Source: a virus (Duplodnaviria; Caudoviricetes). From it: a stretch of 35,495 nt of DNA. A model generated the notes under the pieces. The model worked only from the letters and a program-made list of their open reading frames with translations, had not been told where the DNA came from and did not search any database. The position numbers and the translations under genes were made by a program. Below are positions 8,097 through 15,300 of the stretch, one piece after another. The stretch's first letter is position 1. The number at the start of each line of letters is the position of its first letter. The stretch is taken from positions 1 through 35,495 of IMG/VR virus record IMGVR_UViG_3300035670_000736. One strand, written 5' to 3'.

Positions 8097-8417
8097 TTAC
8101 GGTGCCATTCTGAATGGTGCGATGGGTGCTCCCTGGTCATTGTTAGGAACCACCCTAAACTGTTTCTCAGAATACCAAGGATCTATGATGCCAGTAGCAC
8201 CTTTGTAAGCGTCATATTTTCTGGTTTCTGTTTCTATTACGGTGTAGCCGTTACGGTAGGCCCCATTCGCTATCCCGTAATAGTTAGGAGGTGCAGGAAC
8301 TCCAGGCACCACGGGTATGACCTCTTCTGGCACATATCCAGGTATATCCTCAGCGTACCAATCTTGTGCCGTTGCAACGGTAGGAACCACTAAAGCTAAT
8401 AAGAGATACTTTTTCAT
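8097..8417 (-). CDS. Secreted protein
   Basis: Signal peptide MKKYLLLALVVPTVATA; Pro/Tyr-rich mature part. Confidence 0.65.
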   Translation of the reverse strand: MKKYLLLALVVPTVATAQDWYAEDIPGYVPEEVIPVVPGVPAPPNYYGIANGAYRNGYTVIETETRKYDAYKGATGIIDPWYSEKQFRVVPNNDQGAPIAPFRMAP

Positions 8418-8551
8418 TGTGTCACCTGCCTCACTTTACTAGGCCGTTGATAATACTCAGCTACACCCACGCCGGTAATCACGATAGCCGTCACCATCAG
8501 CATGAGAATTACTCGCAATAAGTCTATGAATGCTTGCTCTAGTTGATCCAT
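8414..8551 (-). CDS. Small membrane protein (45 aa; absent from the ORF track)
   Basis: MDQLEQAFIDLLRVILMLMVTAIVITGVGVAEYYQRPSKVRQVTQ; AAGGAG SD; ATGA overlap with the next gene. Confidence 0.65.
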   Translation of the reverse strand: MDQLEQAFIDLLRVILMLMVTAIVITGVGVAEYYQRPSKVRQVTQ

Positions 8552-8562
8552 GTCCTATCTCC

Positions 8563-9036
8563 TTACTCTGTTACTCTTTTACCTAATGCGCTTACCAGCA
8601 GCTCAAATACCTCTCGCCATTCCATCAAGTAGCCGTCACGAATCTGGCCCATTATGTCATTTTCTGTCCTTCCCATTTCTTCGTTGTACGCATCCACGAA
8701 TGATGGTCTATGAACATGAGAGGCTAACCACTGTAAAAGATCGTAAGTGTAAGTAGGTGGTTCCACATTATAGGGTGCCTCCTCAAGTTCACTGTCCGAC
8801 TCGCACTCTGCTATCTTTTCAAGACACTCGTTTATCAGCTCATAACGATAGTCATCAGGCATCAAGAGCCCCACTGTTGGGCTATCGTGTGCCTCTCTGC
8901 AAACGTCTTGTGCCCAGTCCGGAGCATTTTCTTGTAAGCAGATAAACTTGTCGCCGTTGTCTCGTGTTCGTGTCTCAAAGTAGCCACATAACTTACTGGC
9001 CAATGATTGGATTGTTTGTTCTGTTGTCATAGTCAT
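8563..9036 (-). CDS. Ocr-like acidic protein (putative DNA mimic, anti-restriction)
   Basis: 32 D/E vs 13 K/R; PPTYTYDLLQWLAS resembles the T7 Ocr P-x-Y-x-x-D-(5)-AS segment as I recall it; first gene after a promoter; start may be 9030. Confidence 0.55.
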   Translation of the reverse strand: MTMTTEQTIQSLASKLCGYFETRTRDNGDKFICLQENAPDWAQDVCREAHDSPTVGLLMPDDYRYELINECLEKIAECESDSELEEAPYNVEPPTYTYDLLQWLASHVHRPSFVDAYNEEMGRTENDIMGQIRDGYLMEWREVFELLVSALGKRVTE

Positions 9037-9062
9037 ATCTCCTGTGGGGTTTAATTACCCTC

Positions 9063-9207
9063 TATGAATCATAATAGAGTATAAGATAGCACCATGCAAT
9101 ATAATGATTCATAATTATTTATCGTGTGTAATGTCAGACAGTTATCAACGTATTCAAACTATTTTGAAGAAAAATGAAGAATCTTTTGAATAAACTCTAT
9201 GAGTCAT
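9063..9207. promoter_or_regulatory. Three ATGAnTCAT palindromic operator-like sites
   Basis: TATGAATCATA 9063-9073, AATGATTCATA 9103-9113, TATGAGTCAT 9198-9207. Confidence 0.55.
9071..9099 (-). promoter_or_regulatory. Leftward early sigma70-like promoter
   Basis: TTGCAT-17 bp-TATTAT upstream of AGGAG and the Ocr-like gene. Confidence 0.65.
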
Positions 9208-9378
9208 CGTCCTTGTTGCAACACCGAGCCAGACGGCGAGGACAGCCCGCAGCGATCAGCGAGGATATATTGCAAAAACTTACAGGTAGAGACTAACCTA
9301 GGGTTGAACTAGTGATCACTCGCACACTCTTATTGCACATGTAGTAAGGCTACTTCGCAAGTGTGAGATATAAAGTAG

Positions 9379-9651
9379 ATGGTAGAAACTAAGAAGTTAC
9401 GGGATAAGTATTGGGTAGGTACATACCGTCATGCCATGCCTTATCCACGTATGAACGTGTACTACGCTGTGAGGCAACACCTACGCACCTCACAAGCCCA
9501 CGCAGCAAAGCTTATGGGCGTATCTCCCGCAGCATGGCGCTACCGTGAGCGCACCAAGAGGCTGTACCACGTGGCAGAGCTGCTATGCTTGCAAGAACTA
9601 GCAGGCATGAGTAACGGAGCTTTCATCCAATTACTTAAGGATTGCGCATAG
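9379..9651 (+). CDS. Cro/C1-type HTH regulator
   Basis: VRQHLRTSQAHAAKLMGVSPAAWRYRE HTH. Confidence 0.7.
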   Translation: MVETKKLRDKYWVGTYRHAMPYPRMNVYYAVRQHLRTSQAHAAKLMGVSPAAWRYRERTKRLYHVAELLCLQELAGMSNGAFIQLLKDCA

Positions 9652-9836
9652 TTACATGCCTTCTCTACTTAACGAGAATCAGAAAACTAATAAACTAACA
9701 GGCATGTTCTGTTTTGATTCCAATGAGTTAACGTCATTTCTGTGGCCATACCTGGAAAAGTGTTTTCAGATTCGAATCGGAAATTGTGAGGAGGATGGTA
9801 CCTATATATCTCATCACAAATATTGCATCCCCTTTT

Positions 9837-9852
9837 ACTATGTTTACATAAT
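9837..9852 (+). promoter_or_regulatory. 16-bp motif, copy 2 (upstream of terS)
   Basis: Exact repeat; its CATAAT lies 18 bp after TTGCAT (9823-9828). Confidence 0.65.
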
Positions 9853-9894
9853 ACTCCTACTCCCCTCCCAAATTTTATCTACCCTCATACTACT

Positions 9895-10323
9895 ATGACT
9901 CATAATGATGATAGTGACCCAGTTGTAGAGGTTCTTCCACCTGTGATGCAGGAGAAGCCGCATAGTCCTAGCCATGTGCGAAATGAGGATGTAGCCGCCC
10001 AGGTGAGGGATTTAGGTAGGCTAGGGTTGTCGAAGGGTAATGCAGCGATTGCGGTGCGTTTAACGCCTTACCTACTGGATAAGTATTATTTAGAGGATTA
10101 CTTGGAAGGTGTAACCCAGATGCAGAGGGGTTTAGCGTCTGTTGCGATAGCGGAGGCGATGAACGGGAATACGCCTATTTTGCTACACCTACTAAAGACT
10201 AAATTGGGATGGAGTGAGCAACAGATTGTAGAGCATGTGGGAGAGATACGTGCTGTGGTGAGTTCTAAACCGATGAGTAAGGAAGAGTTCGTGCAGAAGT
10301 ATTTGAATAAGTCTGACGAATAA
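9895..10323 (+). CDS. terS: Terminase small subunit
   Basis: HTH-like N-part and AMNGNTPILLHLLKTKLGWSE motif; first gene of the rightward block leading to TerL; start uncertain (ATG 9895 preferred to TTG 9823). Confidence 0.65.
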   Translation: MTHNDDSDPVVEVLPPVMQEKPHSPSHVRNEDVAAQVRDLGRLGLSKGNAAIAVRLTPYLLDKYYLEDYLEGVTQMQRGLASVAIAEAMNGNTPILLHLLKTKLGWSEQQIVEHVGEIRAVVSSKPMSKEEFVQKYLNKSDE

Positions 10324-10340
10324 AATTTTACCCCTCCTCA

Positions 10341-10356
10341 ACTATGTTTACATAAT
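10341..10356 (+). promoter_or_regulatory. 16-bp motif, copy 3
   Basis: Exact repeat directly after the terS stop. Confidence 0.65.
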
Positions 10357-10363
10357 GTATAAG

Positions 10364-10531
10364 ATGTATGCCTATCGCTGCCCGAAGTGTGGGTATGTGA
10401 GCCTTGGTGTGAGTCGTAACAAGTGGCTCAAATGTGGGCATAGGCATTGTGGGAGAGTGTTTATCATCTTCCGCAACATTATGAGCTTAAAAGCGTATAA
10501 GCGTGTCTTAGGTGGGGGTGAGGGTGAGTGA
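10364..10531 (+). CDS. Small zinc-ribbon protein (55 aa; absent from the ORF track)
   Basis: YRCPKCG...KCGHRHCG. Confidence 0.55.
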   Translation: MYAYRCPKCGYVSLGVSRNKWLKCGHRHCGRVFIIFRNIMSLKAYKRVLGGGEGE

Positions 10532-10826
10532 GTTTGAACTAAAAGCATGGGTAGAGTGGATATGGGGAGAGTGGATAAGTCAAAAACCAGAATCTGTGCG
10601 TAAAGCAGCAGAGGCGTATCCACCAGGAAGATACAAGCTACTCATTGATGGAAAAGAGTCGGTCGTAGAATACGTGTTGATTGGTTACACAGAACAAGAC
10701 GACAAAACGGTAACAGCCATACTCGAAACTGAAGGGCTTATGGGAATGCTCCCAAGGCAGGTGTATGGCGTAAAGCTTGATGAGCTTATTGCAGTAGAGC
10801 CGATGAAAACTAGGGAAATTTTATGA
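10512..10826 (+). CDS. Hypothetical protein
   Basis: ~100-aa ORF; GTG at 10524 is a plausible start. Confidence 0.55.
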   Translation: MGVRVSEFELKAWVEWIWGEWISQKPESVRKAAEAYPPGRYKLLIDGKESVVEYVLIGYTEQDDKTVTAILETEGLMGMLPRQVYGVKLDELIAVEPMKTREIL

Positions 10827-10966
10827 TCAAAATACCAGAGGATTTGGCGTATAAAACAGGCGAAATACTTTGGTACCTGTTTATGGCTAGCGTTGCCGTT
10901 TCAGTTTCCGCAATCGTTATTGCGCTAGGCTGGAGGACTGTCGTAGAGGTGCTTCAATGGAAATAA
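10823..10966 (+). CDS. Small membrane protein (47 aa; absent from the ORF track)
   Basis: ATGA overlap; ILWYLFMASVAVSVSAIVIALGW transmembrane segment. Confidence 0.5.
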   Translation: MIKIPEDLAYKTGEILWYLFMASVAVSVSAIVIALGWRTVVEVLQWK

Positions 10967-11268
10967 AAAGCCCAGAAGAGTTGGCAGAGGAATACGCAGA
11001 TTTATGCGTGACAGATGCCTGTTATCCCGCAAGCAAAGCTGGCTTCCTCGCTGGCTACCAAGCTGCATCCCCGCAATGGATCAGCGTGAAGGATCGGTTG
11101 CCAGGTGAGTGTGCTGGTTTGTTGATTGTTTATCATGCTTCTTTGAAAGAGATAGGTACCAGCTATTATGATGAGGATATGTGGTGCTCTAATCCGTGGC
11201 CAATAACCTCTGACGGTATTACCCACTGGATGCCGCTACCAAATCCACCAACGGAGGACAGCAAATGA
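10957..11268 (+). CDS. DUF551-domain protein
   Basis: WISVKDRLP...ITHWMPLPNPP. Confidence 0.85.
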   Translation: MEIKSPEELAEEYADLCVTDACYPASKAGFLAGYQAASPQWISVKDRLPGECAGLLIVYHASLKEIGTSYYDEDMWCSNPWPITSDGITHWMPLPNPPTEDSK

Positions 11269-11597
11269 ACGACCAATCAATACAAAACAGGTTATATTCC
11301 TACATTGTTTTAAACACTCGTGGTGATGAGCAACCCGAAGAAATTTGGATTAACAGCGATGATTTTAAAGAGTTGTATGCAGAACTAGAGGAAATACAAC
11401 GCTATGATTCGTTTGCAATACAAGCTCCATACGACAAATTGTTGGCTGGTTTCAAAGCGGTTTTATTTAGTGGTGCTGCAATCATTGTAAATCCAGAAGC
11501 ACCTTCATTGCCGAAAACTTGCGAAGAAATGAAAGATTGGATGAATGTTCCTTTTGAGACAAACGGCAAATCTCTGTCAAATTCACCGGAGGAATGA
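11265..11597 (+). CDS. Stand-alone paralogue of a major-capsid-protein segment
   Basis: TRGDEQP...K.L...L..IQR...P..K..AGF aligns with MCP residues ~182-250; GGAGG SD. Confidence 0.7.
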   Translation: MNDQSIQNRLYSYIVLNTRGDEQPEEIWINSDDFKELYAELEEIQRYDSFAIQAPYDKLLAGFKAVLFSGAAIIVNPEAPSLPKTCEEMKDWMNVPFETNGKSLSNSPEE

Positions 11598-11857
11598 TGG
11601 TTTTTATAGATGATATTGATAGTGAAAAATTGCTTTTCAAAGCATGTGCTTATGCAGAAGCAAATGGCTACAACTTGGATCAAACTGAAAAGCACTGGAA
11701 AGAGAAAAACTCTTTAACAGCAGGATTTATGGCTGGTTATCGTGCAGCTATAGAAGATGAAAATGAAGCGTATCAAGAGGCAGTAAAAAAGGTACAAGAA
11801 GCAACTAAGCGTGAACGTGCTAGGATTCTTGCAATAGTTAAATCGGAAGAAAAATGA
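11594..11857 (+). CDS. Hypothetical protein
   Basis: GGAGG SD; AGFMAGYRAA motif shared with the DUF551 ORF. Confidence 0.55.
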   Translation: MMVFIDDIDSEKLLFKACAYAEANGYNLDQTEKHWKEKNSLTAGFMAGYRAAIEDENEAYQEAVKKVQEATKRERARILAIVKSEEK

Positions 11858-11975
11858 TACGGTTAGTTTGCGACTGGTTGTGTAATGGGGGCGTTTTTGC
11901 TGTTTCCTGTCACGGTACACATTTACGGACTACTCGAAGATTAACAGCGTCAGAGGTCTGACAGTCGCAATTTTT

Positions 11976-12173
11976 ATGGGCGTAGAGCACAGCGTCAAAG
12001 ACGAGCCAGAAGATACCCGCAGATGCCCTTGGTGCAACCACGTAAGCACCGTACACGTTGAAAACGGTAAAGATCGGTACTTTTACTGTCAGAATCCTGC
12101 CTGTAAGGTAGAGCGTATATACGGCGACAATGCCGTAATGGTGGGAGGAAGCAATGAGCGGGCCGGATCTTAG
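11976..12173 (+). CDS. Small zinc-finger protein
   Basis: CPWC...CQNPAC. Confidence 0.6.
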   Translation: MGVEHSVKDEPEDTRRCPWCNHVSTVHVENGKDRYFYCQNPACKVERIYGDNAVMVGGSNERAGS

Positions 12174-12339
12174 CGGATACTGTAAGTGTCCACACTGTGA
12201 AGAAGTTCAAGAAATCACACCAACCGATATTGTTGTTGAGTATCAAGAGTGTGAGTTTTGCAAAGATAACTTTGACCCACGTTTGCAAGCCCTTACTTGG
12301 GTAGACTTCTATCAAGAATGTAGCACCTTAAAGGATTAG
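12154..12339 (+). CDS. Small zinc-finger protein
   Basis: CPHC...CEFC; GGAGG SD. Confidence 0.6.
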   Translation: MSGPDLSGYCKCPHCEEVQEITPTDIVVEYQECEFCKDNFDPRLQALTWVDFYQECSTLKD

Positions 12340-12341
12340 CT

Positions 12342-15300
12342 TTGTCTGACTACCTGCAAGACAAGCGGATGGATGAACAAGTTGTTTGGGCTCCACAAGC
12401 AGGTCCGCAAGAAGCTCTCGTTCACTGTCCCATTACCCTTATAGGCTATGGTGGCGCTCGTGGTGGCGGTAAGGGGTTAGCTTTGTCCGAAGCAGTCTTT
12501 ACCACTAATGGATGGTCAACCATTGCAGAACTTAAAGTGGGAGACGTCCTTTTTGATGCAAATGGCGAACCAACTACAGTCGTATACAAAAGCCAACCAA
12601 CGTTACGACAATGCTTTGAAATTACTTTTGATAATGGACAAAAAGTTATAGCCGATGACGTGCATCGCTGGATTACACATTCAAAAGCAGAGCGTGTTTC
12701 TAATTATAAATGCTCTGACGAATATCGAGCAAAACGGCGAGCGCAAAGACAATCAAGAGCAAAAACAAATCCACAAAAGATTATTAGCCAACAAAATATT
12801 ACAAAGTTAAATCAATCAAGGCAGTACATATATAAGCCACAAAATAACGGCTCAATGCGCTCTACATTACACTTGTACGAAACGCTAAAAGTACAAAATG
12901 GGCGAGAGGTAAATCATGCTATTAAGTTAGCAGGTAGTATAAAACAGCAAGAAAAAAATCTGCTCATCCCACCTTACGTTTTAGGAGTTTGGCTAGGAGA
13001 TGGATCTAGCTCTAGCGGATATATAACGATTGGAAATCAAGATTCACGAGATATAACAAGGGAATTGCATCGCTGCGGGTATCGTTCGCAAAGATATGCA
13101 AACGATATTTGCTACAAGATTTGGAGAAACAAGCCTTTTATATCAGAGTTAAAAGAACTTGGATTGGTTCGCAATAAGCATATTCCAAACATATATTTAC
13201 AAGGGTCAGAGCAGCAGCGATTGGAATTATTGCAAGGTCTTTTTGATACCGATGGAAACTGTAATAAAGACGGTCAAATTGAGTTTTGTAATACAAGAAA
13301 AGAAATAGCTTATGGCGTTTATGAGCTGCTTTGCAGTTTAGGTGTGAAAGCCTTTATTAGCAAAAAACAACCTAAATGCACCAATGCTAAAAATGGCACA
13401 AAAGTTTGCAAAACTGCTTGGATAGTAAAAGCAACTACTACCTTGCCAGTGTTTAAACTATTTAGAAAAAACCAAAGAATACCAACTAAGGTCAGAGAAA
13501 CTCAGAAGTGGCATTACATAACTAAAATTCAACCAGTGCCGCCCGTCTGGACTCAATGCCTAGAAGTAGATTCTGAAACTCATACGTTTTTAGTATCTAA
13601 ATCATTTATTCCAACACACAACACCGACGGGGTATTAGGTAAGTTTGCCATCGTTCAAGAACAGCTTGGCGCTGATTTTAACGCCATCTTTTTTCGTAAA
13701 GAGCTACCCCAGGCAGATGACCTTATCGAGCGAGCAAAACAGATTTACCTACCGCTAAAGGCTCACTGGCAAGACCAGAAGAAGCAATTCACCTTTCTTA
13801 ACGGTGGCCGACTACGTTTTAGACCGCTTGCAGATGATGGAGACGCTGAGAAGTACCAAGGGCAAAATTTATGCGTAGCTGTTGGCACTCGAATCAGAAT
13901 GGCAGACGGCTCATTTAAGCCGATAGAAGCGATTCAGATAGGCGATATGGTGGCAACCTTATTAGGACCACGCAAAGTAAAAAATCTTACTACGCCTTAT
14001 TTAGCTCCTTGCGTCGAGAGCCAGGTTTTGGACCAGGACGGCAACGTGGTGGGGGCTCAGAGAAATCCCATTTGGCACCCTGTTTTGACGGCACACGGAG
14101 TTTCTTCCATCTCTGCAAACTCCTTGCAACACACGTCTCAGAAACGCCATATCGACCAGCAATCTCTGCAATGGGCACTATCTGCTTGTAACGTAGATCG
14201 TATATTTCCCGCATATAAGGGTCTAAAGCACCAGGCTTGGTTCTCTTGGAAAGAAGATAAGAAAACTTATTGTACAGAGTCATCGGATGACACCCTAAAT
14301 ACGCAGCAGCTTGATTCGTTGTCCGTCCCTGTAACGCTTCACGCACCGACTGTTCGGTTAGTTCGTAAGCTCGCACGTTCTTCCCACGCCGCTTCCACTG
14401 TATGTCATGCTCCTGGCAAATCTTGCGAACAGTTGTCGGACTCATCCCTAATGAAGCAAAAGATACGGCAGGGTTTTGAGCAGCTTGACGCACTTTTTCA
14501 ACCAGTTCTGAGTTCGCTCTCCATGCTTTGTGATGCTCCTTCAAATGTTCCGACCAAGACGCAAACAACTGCAAATTTTCAATGCGATTGTCAGTTTTGT
14601 CGTGGTTTATGTGATGAACATTCTCTCCAGGCTGTAGAAAACGGCCAAGGTAAACTTCCATTACAAGACGGTGTTGCTGAATTGTCCCGTACATTGAACG
14701 AGGATGAGTCGGACACCATTCAAAAACATAACCCTGAGCGTTCAGAGTGGTGGGTGCATCCTTATAGCGGCAAGGCGTTTTATCTCGCTGAGGATGTTGT
14801 TTTTGGAAAGATGGTAATGACATACGTTGGCACTCAATTAGTTACGGACCTGACTGTTGAAGAAGCTAATCATTATATATCAGATTGCGGCCTCATCAAC
14901 AAGAACTCTCATTGCGCCATAGAGGAAGCCGGTAACTACTCTGACCCCTCACCAATCTGGAAAATGTTTGGTGCGCTGCGAGGTAAAGGTGGTGGGCAAG
15001 TCATTTTAACCTTCAACCCAGGTGGTATAGGTCACGGCTGGTTAAAAGAGTTATTTATCAAGCCAGCACCTAAAGGCATGAAGTTGCTCACAAAGATGCT
15101 GCCTAACGGTGCAAGCTTTGACTACATTTACATCCCGTCACGAGTACACGACAACCAGATCCTACTTGCAAAAGACCCTGAGTATATAAACCGACTGCAC
15201 ATGGTTGGCTCGCCAGAGCTGGTCAGAGCATGGCTAGAAGGAGACTTTGAGATACATGAAGGTTCGTATTTTCCTGAATTTAGCAGCAAGCATATCGTTT

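Noticed and set aside
9656-9898. 80-aa ORF upstream of terS
   Set aside because: No SD or motif, and it overlaps a promoter-like element and the 16-bp motif; probably non-coding
13872-14906. Group I intron or assembly chimera explaining the HNH insert
   Set aside because: The plus frame is open throughout, with intein blocks at both ends and precise restoration of TerL; read mapping would still be a worthwhile check
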